DNA from: Amoebidium appalachense
Lineage: Eukaryota; Protista; Ichthyosporea
DNA length: 64,000 nt
Reading direction: 5' to 3'
Assembly: GCA_963693365.1 (NCBI GenBank)
Contig: CAVNZM010000009.1
Location: 9,219,408 to 9,283,407 of the forward strand
The notes under the pieces are model-generated. The model had not been told where the DNA came from. It ran no database searches and saw only the letters and a program-made list of their open reading frames with translations. Shown in pieces: positions 1-51,899 of the stretch. How positions within the stretch are numbered: position 1 is the stretch's first letter; each line of letters starts with the position of its first letter. Position numbers and translations under genes: made by a program.

Positions 1-427
1 GGGCATGAATTAGTAATTAATGGTAGCTATGTGGTATGGTGTGTGTGTGTGTGTGTGTGTCCTAGCCTTCCTGCCTGCCTGCCTGCCTGCCTGCCAGCCT
101 CCCTCCCTCCCTCCCTCCCTCCCTCTTCTGCCTGCTCTCCTAATTTCCTCCCTTCCTAACTCCCTCTCTCCCTGCCTGCCTGCCTGCCTGCCTGCCTCCT
201 TACCATCCCGTCTCTCTTCTCAAATCTGCTGTTGATGGCACTGTACGTAGGTGAGTTCGGTGTCGTACTTATAAATAGGACAGATATTTACTGCAGTCCG
301 CCTTTCACACATTGTCCCTTCATACACATGTGTGGCGTGTGTTCCTACGCATATGCACACAAACACACATAGGCACACGCACGCACGCGGGCGCGCACAC
401 ACACACACACACACACGCATGCGCACG

Positions 428-10809
<10,382 letters not shown>

Positions 10810-10812
10810 ATG

Positions 10813-10928
<116 letters not shown>

Positions 10929-11879
10929 ATGTGTGCGTGCATGTGGGTGTGTGGGTGTGTGGGTGTGTGTGTTTTGAGAGGGGAAGGGCACTTGGTATGT
11001 ATGGTAAATGCTTGTAACATGAAGGTTATGCATGTGTATGAATGTGTTATCTTCACTGTTTTATAAAAGACCTGATTTTAGTATTGAAGAATTTTTCAAT
11101 ATCACATATCACAAGCTCAACCCTGATATGGATATATAATATATCCAAAACTATGGATACAGAATACGTCTGTTACTCACCAAAATTGGTCTGAAATGAT
11201 TGATCTCGACTTGGTTAACGGGGATGCTATCGCTATTCCCTTTCCATGCAAGTAGTAGATTCACATGCATAAGATTGTTGGCGTAATAGATCGTAATGAT
11301 TGCTGCAATGTTATCTTGGTAGCGAGGTATGCGAAATTTTAAAAAAATCTTTCCTGTTGTCACGATATCAAGGTTCAGAATCTCAGGTTCTTTGGCATTT
11401 ACTACTATCATCTGTAACGCTGCAATTACCAGGTGACTATGTATTCCAACATTCTGGCTCCAAATAAATTTCATCAAAGCCAACTGCGGAAATGTGTGCA
11501 CGTGGGTAGATTGTTACAAAATAACTTCCAAAGAGAACAAAAAAAAAAAAAAAAAAAAAAAAGTACAAAGTTTGCATACATTGTATTATGAGTAAAAAAC
11601 TTCAACCCGAATTCGATCACATCAATACTTAGTTCGTATACACGTAAGCTTTCTCTAGAATCTCCACGTGCACATGTGTGTAGGTTTAAGTCACACGTTT
11701 GGTGTACGAAATATCAGAGTCATTGACCTCGGCTGTAAAAAACTAGATCGTCTGAAAAAGAAAACCACAAGTACATGCATATTCATAATGACATTGAATC
11801 CTTAGCCATCTAACATGCATTCCCACTCAGCGCCGCGGGTGAGGCAACCAGAGCTCTAGGGGCATTTTGCAGTATCATC

Positions 11880-12620
11880 TCAAACATAAAAATGATATTT
11901 GTTCCGCATGATATCTCGAAACATTGACTCTTTTGCAGCGCTGGGCGCCGGCCTAGGGGCAATCTCCACATCTCCCACCACAGCCACATGGATATGCCAC
12001 CGTGTGCATCTCTCTTTAGACATGAGCCGTTCCTTCGCATTTTTGGTTGCCCAAACTTTCAGTTTTCCTCGGGAGTCAATCGCTAAACGAATGTCTTTTT
12101 GTTCGCTCCTGTCTCGGCAGCTCGCCAAGGAATAATCGGTGTCGTGTGTTTGTTCGAAATAACGCGGTGTTGTAAAGCCCGGTGTGTTGAACTCAAGACC
12201 CGGGTCGAGCCACCAGCCGTGGGTGATGGTTCTTGTTTTGGGCACCAGAACGAACGTGAAGTTAGAGGAGGTGAGTCTGCGGGTGCGCGCAAAGTCGAGG
12301 GACTTGTGCACGAACACGTTGTATTGGGAAAGCGTGCCGTGTTCCATAGGAAAATCGGTGGAATACGGAGCTGCTAAAGGTGCACGTGGCTTGTACTGGT
12401 CGTGTGTTTGTGAGGATAAACCGTGCCAACAACATATTTCGTTTGAATTTGGCAGCAGGTTACCGACTTTGAACCAGGAAACTTTGAGGTGCTTTGGAAG
12501 ACCATGGTCCCACCAGAAACGATCTGTGGTGCCCCGAATAATACCCGTTTTGTGTATTGCGAGTAGTCCGAGCGGGGTGGTGTGGTGTACGAGTCTGGGG
12601 ATTATTGGTAGTAACTCCAT
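11880..12620 (-). CDS. Intronless ~246-aa hypothetical protein with an ADP-ribosyltransferase-like N-terminal motif
   Basis: Long ORF in repeat-free sequence, ATG at 12620 (alternative ATG at 12659). N-terminus RLVHHTTPLGLLAIHKTGIIRG resembles the LxHxT..gl..I..sG.I first strand and helix of H-Y-x class ART folds. The family assignment is inference. Confidence 0.55.
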   Translation of the reverse strand: MELLPIIPRLVHHTTPLGLLAIHKTGIIRGTTDRFWWDHGLPKHLKVSWFKVGNLLPNSNEICCWHGLSSQTHDQYKPRAPLAAPYSTDFPMEHGTLSQYNVFVHKSLDFARTRRLTSSNFTFVLVPKTRTITHGWWLDPGLEFNTPGFTTPRYFEQTHDTDYSLASCRDRSEQKDIRLAIDSRGKLKVWATKNAKERLMSKERCTRWHIHVAVVGDVEIAPRPAPSAAKESMFRDIMRNKYHFYV

Positions 12621-13564
12621 GCTTCTTGAAATTTCAGCCGATAATAAATGGGCACACATACGCACACACGTGTGGGTTTTTGTGTTTCAGATGTGCGGTG
12701 CTCGGCTCGGCTCCCCGCACTCAGAATAAATTTAAAACAAACAGTGGACGTGTACTTGTGCTCTGTGCGTGCGTTATCTGGCCATGGGAAACCTAAACGC
12801 ATGTGCCCATGTCGCCTTGAGCGATGTGCTACTCACACAGGCTTCAAGGGAGTGCGCTTGCTGCAAGCTCTTGTTGCGACGTAGTATGGTCATGTGTAAC
12901 CGCAAAAATTGCACTTGCACCCTTTGATGCCTGGGACGATCAACCAATAAGTACTGAGCACGAAGATTACGTAACAGCCAACTTAGCATGTGTCTTTTAT
13001 CAAACACGATAATGTAAATATATGATTATAAACCAATCCATACGCAACACCGCCCGCCTATAAGTCAGAGGTAGAAATATGTGCACAGTATGATATTGTG
13101 ATCCGGTGCCTTAACTTTCTTTCGGACCTACCGATGCTAGCCTCTGCTTACCCATAATATGTAATAGGGGTGTCATATACTACGATGGCGCTCATTGTTG
13201 CCACGGCCCTCTGAAGAGGGCCGTGTTGTTGCCTAGCATGTACATATGTCACTGGCTGCAATTGATTGGCTGCGCTGGAAAACGCAGTAGGCCGTCGAAT
13301 GTGGCTGGGCCTCCGGCAGTGTCCACGCAATAAAAAGTGTGTAAACCCCTTGTGTTACTCCACTGCACCCACACGTCTCTGTGAAACGGTTTTTTTTTGG
13401 TATTCACAACAGTACCGTAGCCTACATATGTTACATCCCCGCGGTGGCAGATATGCTAGCTCAGCAAAAAGCACCGCTGAGCGCGTGAGACCCTTCAGCT
13501 GATCACGGTGATGCGCATGCATCATGACATGCATATACACTAATATTAGTTCAGATTGCTTATT

Positions 13565-13606
<42 letters not shown>

Positions 13607-14029
13607 TGCACTTTGTATTGCAATTTTCTTATGTTTTTGCTTCGCTCCAAAAAATGCGATGACGTAATGAAGGGCTGGGAGAAGAGCTACTCATATACCA
13701 AATTACGCTTTAAGTGATCAAAGTTTAAAAGTGAATAAAATACAGGCTTTGGTCAACTAATTGATATTTTTATAAATAACGCGACGCACATTTATTGTAT
13801 AAGCAACATGGGGTGTCCGCCGCTTATTTTATGTGAAAACAAAAGAACTATGATTTTGTCATAGACGATCGGCCAGCGCCCTGACAGTCGGAGGCTTAGC
13901 CGGACGGATTTTGGCCGATTTTGACGATGAAGGAAGCGTCGGACATCCCCGACACCCTGTGTCATTATTACGCGTTTCTTATTTCCAACAACTTTTCATA
14001 ATGAACCAACGCCGGTTTTCTAAGTAAAA

Positions 14030-14452
14030 ACGAGTGAAACTGCGCCTCCCCCGATCTGGTGAGGGCAGCCCTTACCCTAGCCCTTTCGGAAAGTGAGGCC
14101 CGAATCTTGTAGGCAAGCCATATAAGGTTACACAGACAAATTCCAATGGGAATTCCGAACTAGTGGCCCGACGGGTGCAAGGTAGGAAGCAGCCAGCGGC
14201 GTATGAGTTGCCGGAAGGTCAATCCCAAAATTGAAGAGAAGGCTGGTCGTTTACCAGCTAGCTTGGTAATTAGGGCAACAAAGATGCTGTTGGAAAACGT
14301 TAATAGTGCAAATGCTGTGAGTAGCCGTGAGAGAGACTCGGAGGAGGAGGAGATAGGAGGAGGAAGACGATGAGGAAGAGGAAGAGGAGGAAGAGGAAGA
14401 GGAGGAAGATGAAGAGGAGGAGGGGGAGGACGACAACGAATGGGATGAGTGA
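14030..14452 (+). pseudogene. Frameshifted coding relic with acidic tail, possibly a hAT-transposase C-terminus
   Basis: Interrupted frames read LPDLVRAALTLALSESEARIL* and end in EEDDEEEEEEEEEEEEDEEEEGEDDNEWDE*. Stops and frameshifts are present. Confidence 0.25.
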
Positions 14453-15551
14453 TGGTAGTTTGAGGTGGTACTAATTAAATGTTATGTTCTATATTAATGT
14501 CAAAAAAGTATCACATGGGTGTTGAGTTTTGTGTGTTGGACGGTTGGTCGATTTCAAGTACATGTACAAGGATATTGGTCCTACGCCGCGAGGGTAATGA
14601 ATTTGTGAAAAGATATTGGCCAGTTGATGTGTTGTGATGTCAATACGTGCACGCTTTTATTTTGTAGAGAAAATGATGAGGGCTAACATATGCACTCAAG
14701 CAAGGAGCAAGGACGTAACATACATAAATGCACGCATAAACATGTACTCATAACGTGACACGGACATGCAGGCACAATCACTCATGCACACACAGACACA
14801 CACACACTCACACACCTACTCGTCTCATAACTACCATCGTACGGTACTTTTAAATTGTTATCCAAAGCTCTTCCTTTTCACCCGATAATGAATAAAATAT
14901 CAGTAAGATAGAAGCATATTAGTTTAGTTAGAAGCACTGATACGTTTGCTTGCGACCACCACACTTGATCAACTTTAATAAAACGGGAGTTCATTCTAAA
15001 AACGTAATGTTTCTGCTTTTTTTGTCCGTAACTTGTTCACACTTCTTGTTCACTGGCAAAAAAAAAGGGCATATCATGAATAACTGGTTGGGTGGGGGAG
15101 AAGGGCGCGGGGGACGGGGGGGGGGGGGGGGGGGGGGGGGGGCACCTCAGTGTAAGGCTGCCCAATCAATAAAGAAAAGTACGCGCTTGGGCAAGGAGAT
15201 ACAATAATCGTACAAAGACGTAGGTTTCCTAATATGGAAAGGAATGCTACTTGCTCGCGGCCCAAAAGAGCCATATAGGAGGCACCTACGAGAACGTACT
15301 GGCGAATACATCAATGGGATGCTGCGGGATATCATTAACTTGCTTATTCTCAGGGTCTAAAGCGAGCCAGGCCTTATTATATAATGTGCAATGCTCGTCC
15401 ACTATCTGGGGATAAAAAAATAAAGGAGATATGCACGGACGAATCTGTGTGGTTGTATAACTAGATATCTACGCGAATAAAAATTGCATGTCTACAAATA
15501 AGATATGCACATTCATAGACCAATGGTGCGCACAAAATCCCCCCCCCCCCC

Positions 15552-15584
<33 letters not shown>

Positions 15585-15909
15585 CACCCCACCCCACCCC
15601 ACCCCCTCTCCCCTTCCCGCTCTCCCTGCGTGATCACACCTCCTATCAGTGTATAATGCGCAGCATTGGAGTTACTCCGGCTAGATAGTCCCCTCCCCCC
15701 CCCCCCCCCCCCTCCTCCTCCTCCCCTCCTCTCCCCCCCCCTCCCCCCCTCCTCCTCCTCCCCTACCCCTCCCCCCCCCCCCCTCGGGGAGAGAGGGACT
15801 TAAGGGGGAGGGGGGGGGGGGGGGGAGGATGGGGGAGGGGGAACAAAAGGTCCCAACCACCACCACTACAAGTAACACTACCGCCACCACACACACAAAA
15901 GATAACAAC

Positions 15910-16087
15910 ACCCATTCTGCCCTCCTAGACCATCTCCTCCCCACCAAAACGCCAGCAGCTCTTACCCCTTTCCCCTCCCCACTCATTTCTCCCCACTCAC
16001 CACTGCCTCCACAGGCGCTGTTTAGGCACCGGAACAGATAGTTCGGCCCCAGCCGGAGTGGGTTTTTTTTCTTTTTTTTTTTTTTTT

Positions 16088-16144
<57 letters not shown>

Positions 16145-17431
16145 GGGGACAGGGGGATGGCCGAGGCTGAAGGAAAAAAGGGAGGGGTCGGAGGGCACGG
16201 GGGGTATGAATTTGACTGTCCTCCCCTCCCCCCTCCCCCATCACCTCGGCTTCTCCGTCCTTCCGCCAAATCATTGCTAAATCTAATGGAAGTGATTGTC
16301 TCAAGAAAAGCACGTGTTGTGTTTCTGACTTTGTTTTCTGCCTGCTCAGTCACTCAACTTGGCAGAAGCAGCAGGAAAAAGTGCAGCAGGTGGTGAGGAG
16401 CCGATAACAAAGACAGGAGCCTCGCTCATCTGAGAGGGGCCAAGGGTAGGGGGGAGGTGGGTGCATGGAGGGGGGAGGGGGGTGGCGGGGGGGGGGGAGG
16501 GGGTGGGACGAGGGGGTGAAATTCCGCGGTACAGGAGCCTCACTAGTATACTGTGGCCTCCACTCTAACGTATTCTTCCCCTTCACCTCCCCCCGCCCCC
16601 CTCCTCCTAGATTCCTCCCCCTTCATCTCCACCTCTTCATGCTGTATCCACATCCCCCCCCTCAACTTGTGGCACAGCCAATTCTTTGCCGCACCCTCCC
16701 CCCTCCTCACCCACCCCTTCCTCCCCGGCTCCCACCCCCCACTCCCCTCCCCCCCCCCCGAAACAAGACAGCTAGACGAGCCCGTACTACACAGAACAGA
16801 TAGGCCATGATAGAAACACCCATGCCCATCATTGCAATATGACCATTGATTTTTGTCCCGCAATCACATGCTCAATTGTTGCTGGCAACAGAACCAAGGG
16901 CTGGTTGCAGATAACTTCGGTGACCTTCCCATTGATGAGTTTCCATCTCTGATGCAGTCTCTGCTTGCAGCTTTTGCATGAAGTCCGACTCCACAAGGTT
17001 GCCGTCTATTTATTCCTCTGACATAAAAAGAAAGCTGTGCACTGTCCCGTCCCCATCTTCCGCCCTTGTATAATCAAAGGGCACCTTTGTGTTCCCCTAG
17101 AACCAAACTTCGTTCCCTTCTGTAAATATTTAAAGAAAGCCAACATAATGTTCAACAGTTTCAATGTCCCCCGGGTCCTGTCCCCCTCTCAGATCACTGG
17201 GCGGAACAAGAGAAGCTTTAACAACAGGTGATGCTGTTGGAACCCCCAATTTGCAGCCTCTGTGGCTTTCATATCTGGGTTCGTAGCATTCATCAACACA
17301 GTCGACAAGGAGAGAACCTGATCATCCACCTTAAATAGAGCACACACGAAATCCCCCCTTTCTCCCCCCCCTCCCTGGTCGAACCTTTCCTCCCTTCCCC
17401 GTAGCTCTCTCTCTCATTTATCCCCCCCCCC

Positions 17432-17468
<37 letters not shown>

Positions 17469-18076
17469 CTTCCCCCCCCCCTTCCCCCGGCCCCAGCACC
17501 AGCACCAGCATCAGCACTACCACAGCTATCACACACAAGTGATAATATTGCCCATTCTGCCCTCCTGTTCCAGGACCATCGTTCCCACAAAACCACCAGC
17601 AGTTCTTAGCCCTTTCCTCCCCCTCACCACGGAGTCTGTCTCCACAGGCGCCTTTAAGCCTAAGGAACCGATTAATCAGCCCCAAGCCGAGTGGGAGGTC
17701 ATCAAAAAGCTTCTTTGGCAGGGGGGGAGAGGTGGAAAGGGAGGCGGGAGGCGCAGCGGGAGGAGGGGGGAGGGGAGAGGGTGGGGGGTGGGGGTGGGGA
17801 TTTAATTTACCTGGCATAGCCCTGACGCATTTCTTGGATTGGCTCGACATGTGCTCTGAACATTGCCTCATGGTCAGGGGAGCGGCTTCTTCATGGGAAA
17901 AATAACCTTTCAAGCCTCAAAGGTCATTTATAACCGGGGGTGCAAAAACTGCTCGCACACACACTTAAAAATTCTTTCTGCTAGCAGAGTTCGGCATGTT
18001 CAAGCCACCAACGAGTCCCTAACAGTTATTATATCGTCTCCTTTCCTCCCCCCTCCTCTCCCCTCCCCCCCCCCCC

Positions 18077-18111
<35 letters not shown>

Positions 18112-18449
18112 TTCACCTAATAATTAACAATTGTTGCCAACTTACATCATCTCAATGAACCACACGTGTAGAAAATGTGGACGTTGTTGGACTTAAGCCA
18201 AGTTGCTTTTGGTCCTTTCGTCCCAGCACCATCAGCAGAGCGAAGTGGTTCAGATGGCGGGGAGTTCATAACAATACAGAAGTCTCAGAGACTCTCATGA
18301 AATGGGGCTCGGGGGGGCTAGGGTGAGAGGAAAGGGGGGGTGGGGGAGAGGGAACTTCAAGGGGGAGGAATCCGATAGAATACATTCACTTGTGAGCTCA
18401 ACTGAGTCTGCAACTTATTCTTCCTCTTGACGAAGCTCCCCCCCCCCCC

Positions 18450-18481
<32 letters not shown>

Positions 18482-19548
18482 CCCCCACACCCCTCTTCTA
18501 CCCCCTTCCCCTCCCCCTTCCTCTCGATATACAACCCTCCCCCTCCCCCCTCCCCCAACTCGCCCTGCAACAAACTCTTTGCTGCCCTGCGCTCCCCCCC
18601 CCCCCCCCCCCCCCTCCCCTCCCTCCCCCCCCCTCCCCCCCCTCCCCCTCCCTCCCTCCCCCCCTCCCCCCCCCCCCCCTCCCCCCCCCCCCCCTCCCCC
18701 CCCCCCCCCCCCCCCCGATTGGCCAGGGGATTCGAAAAAGGGCAGCTAAACGGGCACAAGACGGTAGCTAGCACAACAGGTCTATGTACTTAACAGAAAT
18801 GATAGGCCACAATACGAAATACTCGGGTTCCCATGCTTGGCCATTGATTCCTGTCCCACAGTCACATGTTTAATATTGGCTTGCAAGTAGACTCAGGCTG
18901 GGTGGCAGATAACTTTGGTGAGCTGCCCAAATATGTTGACTGCGCATCTCTGATGCAGAAGATTGCTCTTGAAGCTTGCGACTGTGGGAGCGGTTACCAG
19001 AGGGTCACCATTTATGCCGCTGAATGAGCACCGTGAATCCTGTGCACTCACATCCTCTCCTCTCTTCCCTGACGTGAAAGGGACCTTTTGCAGTAGGATA
19101 TGTTTTTAATCCTCCCCTCAGCCCCCCAATCCCCACCCCCATCACCTTTTGCCGTCCACTGCTGGATATTGACCTGCGTGTGGCCATGGGGACGCAGGTA
19201 GCTGCCCAAATCCATGCTGAAAAGCAGACAAAAATAGCAGGAAAGAATGATGAAAGAAAAGGGGAAGAAAACATTGTTACACAACTCAATCGAAGCCGTC
19301 TTTTATCCGTGTTCCCCGGGGAGTGGGGGGGAGAGGGGGAGGGGGAAGGGGGGGGAGGGAGAGAGGGGGGGGGGGAGGGGGGGAGGAGGGTTGCATCATC
19401 AAGCATTAGACAGCTCGGATTGGTAAAGTGTTCTGCCTCCTCAATAGTCAGAACCTTTTATTATTATTATTGATCGGATCTCAAAAACAGCCCATCCTCC
19501 CCACACCCCTCCCACAACCCGTCTTCGGCTTTCAGCCTCGGCCGGGAA

Positions 19549-19586
<38 letters not shown>

Positions 19587-19588
19587 TA

Positions 19589-19636
<48 letters not shown>

Positions 19637-20490
19637 TATATAGTATATATATATACTAGTTAATGATTATGGGGGGGGGGGGAGGGGGGAGGGGGGGGGC
19701 GGGGCACGAGGAGGAAACGATATTGACTGCATATGTATCCACCCTCGCCCCCTCCCTCCCCCTCACTATTTCCCCTCTCTTCCTTTCTTCCAACAAATAT
19801 TCACTAGACGATAATATCAATGAAATTTAAAGGCACTGTTGTGTTTCTGACCTTTGCTTTCTGTCCTCTCAGTGGTAGACCCTGTGAGAGGTGTAGTAGA
19901 TGGTGGGGTGCTGGCAACAAGGCAAGAGGCTCTACCATGAGAGGGGGAGACGGGGACAGGGGAAGGGGAAATTCCGAAAGGGGGGGTGGAGGAGGGGGAG
20001 GGGGTTGAGTTCGATTCAGGACTACACTTTGGGCTCCATTCAAACTTATTATCCGCTTACTCTCCCCCCCTCCCCCCCCCCCTCCCCCCCCCCCCCCCCC
20101 CCCCCCCCCCCGGGGCCCCCCCACCTTCTCCTCCTTATCCCTTTTCATAAACATTCCCCCTCCCCAACTCCACTCCCCACATTTCTCCATCCCCCCCCCC
20201 CCCCCCCCCCCCCCAAGGACGGCTAAACTAGCGAGGGGCAGTTTACTAGCAAACTCAGTGGTGTACTCCACTGAACAGACGGGCCACAAGCAAAATACAC
20301 CAGTGCCCATCATGGGCAATTGATTCTTCGGTGTGACTGTCCCACAATCAATTGTTAAATGGTGGTTGTCAAGTTGACCCAAAGGCTGGTGGCAGATAAT
20401 ATCGGTGATCTGCCCATTGCAATTATAGCCATGTGGTCACCATATATTGACGCTGAATGACCTGACCCTGCAGCTGTAACATACTAGGAC
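15910..20490 (+). repeat. Three diverged tandem copies of a ~1.5-2 kb unit with decayed coding character
   Basis: Block A at ~15913-16060 and ~17554-17697; block B at ~16310-16440 and ~19830-19945; block C at ~16790-17043, ~18785-19048 and ~20262-20460. The C blocks read LVADNFGDLP, WVADNFGELP and LVADNIGDLP. Confidence 0.7.
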
Positions 20491-20649
20491 ACCTTGAACA
20501 TTGTCTGCCCTCCCGCCCCATCCCCGTCCTCGCAATTGATACCAAAGGAAAGCCATGGATCCGATTGAGGTTAAACTTCCTAGTAGGAATGCTTTTTCAA
20601 GGAGAGTCACTTATCATGTATGAACAGTCTCGACATCATGACTAAGTAG

Positions 20650-20691
<42 letters not shown>

Positions 20692-21549
20692 ACCACCACC
20701 ACCACCAAGGTAGTACACCACCCAATGGCATACCGGATCCACCCGCCTAAAATTTGCCATCCAGGCTGGCGCTGAATATTAATCATCTGCTTGTGGCTCA
20801 CCGGGCGCAAACGCCAGTGCCAATATGCTGAACTTTGCACATAAAGAAAAGGAAATTAGGTAACGAAATTTATCTTTCGGCAATGCATCTTTTCCATTTT
20901 ATCCATGTTCCGCGAGCCCTTCCCCTTCAGAGCACTGAGTACAGTGGACAATTGCAAAGGTGTGGCAGGTTTAATATAAAGTTTATATAATTTTTATATT
21001 TTGAATATCATTGGTCAGCTGAACTTCATGTTGCTTACCTACGACTTGGTGTTAGGCGCTACGTATAGCACATTTCCGGTCACACCTACAAAAAGCGTTT
21101 TGAAAGTAACCAAATTTATATTGAGCTCCAGACCACAGGCCGGAATTGCGTAAAGGTACCCCACAGTGCAAATGATCAATTTTAAGCACCCCCTGCTTTA
21201 TACACCTTTCAAGCTATTCTTTTTGTCCAAAACATCAGCTGATGAAATCAATCCGAAAGCACGAAATTTCAAGCACCTAACCCCACACCACTAAAATTAA
21301 GAAACAGCCTATCAATGCACAGACACAGTTTCAATACAGGTGCTATAAACAGCCGAAAACTAACTGCGTTGCGCTCACATCCATAATAGATAAATGTATT
21401 TCTTACACACACACACACACACACACGAGCCCGCCCACACCGATGCAACATCTTGCTGGGCGGGCAGACACGACTAATGGACAGAGGCTTCATTTTGACA
21501 TTCGAATAGCCCCCCCCCCCCCCCCAAAAAAAAAAAAAAAAACCAGAAA

Positions 21550-21580
<31 letters not shown>

Positions 21581-21964
21581 GGAAACTTAAAAAGAACACC
21601 ACACATACACACACTTCCTCACAGAAAAGAACCGACAAGTCTTAACGTTTCCTGTGGGCGCGTCATCTTTAGAAATAGTCACTATTACTGAGCAAAATGG
21701 ACACTCAAAACGGCGTAACCTTTTTGGCACATTCTAAATTCTAAACATATCTCCACCCAATGTCTCAAACCTTTGCGCAGAATAATTCCTGCCAGCAAAT
21801 CGAATCCATCCATAAAATCACTTGCCTTGAACCAATCTCCTGTCACAGCCGTATCAAATCTAAAGCATTAAGGTAAACTAATGCAAATTCCCAGAAAATC
21901 AAGGCAGCGAAGGCAGCAACGGCTGTTAAAATTTTACCGGAAAACCAATGCAAAGTTCCCAAAA

Positions 21965-35061
<13,097 letters not shown>

Positions 35062-36339
35062 GTTTGAGTCGAGGGTGGCACCCTAAGGCACCTCTCTGTC
35101 ACTAAAAACAACAATGGTTTGTTCTGATCTCTCTCTCCCGTAGTGTGTTTGATCAAAAAAACATGCAAACAAACCACTACCCAAGCCACCACAAAGGGGG
35201 GACTAAGCTCGTTCTGCGTAAAGCCAGAACCGTGTTCGCTATATAACGGGTGTGTATGACACCGAGACAGAGAGATGACAGTCAGCCGGTGGTTATGTTG
35301 GGGCCCCAAACCCTAAAAACACACCCGTGTCTCTACTCGTTGGGCTGCGTAAGTGCTTCCGGGGCGGGAAAAAAAAAAACTACATCCGGTAAACCGCGCA
35401 ATTTCAAATTGCGCCACTGCAGAGTGGTTGAAAAAAAACGAGAAAAGTGCGAGGTTTTATTTAGACACTCCCTCGGGCCCACTTCGCGAGTATATGCGTG
35501 TCCTTTACGGTAACCGCGAGAGGCCACGATCACAACTTTTGAGACTCGAGCTCAAGGAGGAATTCCGTATGGCGATTTTCCTTGTTTTAGTGATATAAAC
35601 TCAACAGTGCAACTCCGCGTGTACTATATGAGCAACTCTACATGTACTTGCTCTTCACCTAATCTCCCTCTCTTGCTCCAGCTAATATATAATCCTTCAG
35701 AATTTCAACTGTATTTTGTCGTTTTTGCTCCCCTTGACTCGTTTTGACCGCAACGAACGCCGGCGCCGTGTTGGCAACGTGACAGACAAGCGATCAGAAT
35801 AATGCGGGAACCAATCGTCACCGCCCACCAGATTCTATTCATCCAATCAGATCCAGCGATTGCTTTTTATGACGTCACACACGTTCCATTCTCTCCCTGT
35901 TCACTGCTTTTCCCCTTGGCGCCCTCTGTTTGTCTGCAAGCAACTAGTGCAAGCAACCTTCTCTCCAACACGTAAACAGTCAAATATCATATGAACAGAG
36001 CAACAAACAGCTACGGTGCGTTTACAATACGTTAAGAAACTATAGAGAATTAAACAAAAAATAATATATGGTAAAAAAACACAGCCGCATATCATTTCCG
36101 TCCAAGCACATGCGATTGTCCGTCTAGCCATTATTTGCGCAATCAATGCGCCAATGATACAACAATTCGAGATTTGAATACACGAGTATCTCGCACAAAA
36201 CGCTGCTATCTACATATATGCATAAAAATTATTCGTATTACACATTCGGTACCTACTGGTGATATTTAGTGTTCATTAGTGGGGTATTATTTCACTTCGA
36301 GAGTATGACTGTGTCTGTGCAATAGGGTGGGCTGCCAAG

Positions 36340-51106
<14,767 letters not shown>

Positions 51107-51407
51107 GTTGAAGGTTGCACCCTGCATGAGAGTGTTATTTGCTGGTGGATGCACAGTGGGGCTAGATCAATGCATAATAGTCACGATGTGAAAAGTGTGA
51201 GTTGTTTTGTTATCCCTTTCGACAGGTTCGTGCAAAAATGATTTCAGAGGGAACACAAACACAACACACATGCATAGACACACGTACAGACAGACAGTCA
51301 CACAGACACTCACACACACACACACACACAGACACACACACACACAGACACACACACACACAGACACACACGTGCACACACACGCGTGCGCGCACACACA
51401 CACACAC

Positions 51408-51449
<42 letters not shown>

Positions 51450-51496
51450 CTGCACGCGCACACACACATGCACGCACGAACACACACACGCACACG

Positions 51497-51590
<94 letters not shown>

Positions 51591-51899
51591 TCAAGACACC
51601 GTTAAACTTTTAACCTCGGTCCCCCATAATAGCTGCTGCTAAATTCTGATATCTATCATTTTTTCACAATCCGAGAACGGGGATCTAACCTGACAGAATG
51701 GACCAAACATGCATGCGTTTCCCCATGGAATCGACAGGGATAAACATATTGCAGACTCAAAGGGATGTACACGGAACGATGGAAAGGATAACGAAAAGAA
51801 GGGCCTTAGTAGCTGTAGAAAACATAGCATTTAGCCATCTAAAGCTTACCTGTGCGGCTAGATTCTTACTCGCACGGATCTCAGACCAGAAGCACACCC

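Noticed and set aside
12184-12729. 181-aa ORF on +
   Set aside because: It is the antisense shadow of the longer minus-strand ORF and has no recognisable motif.
20700-21400. Repeat-free intergenic stretch as a possible gene or RNA
   Set aside because: No convincing ORF, splice pattern or RNA motif was seen.
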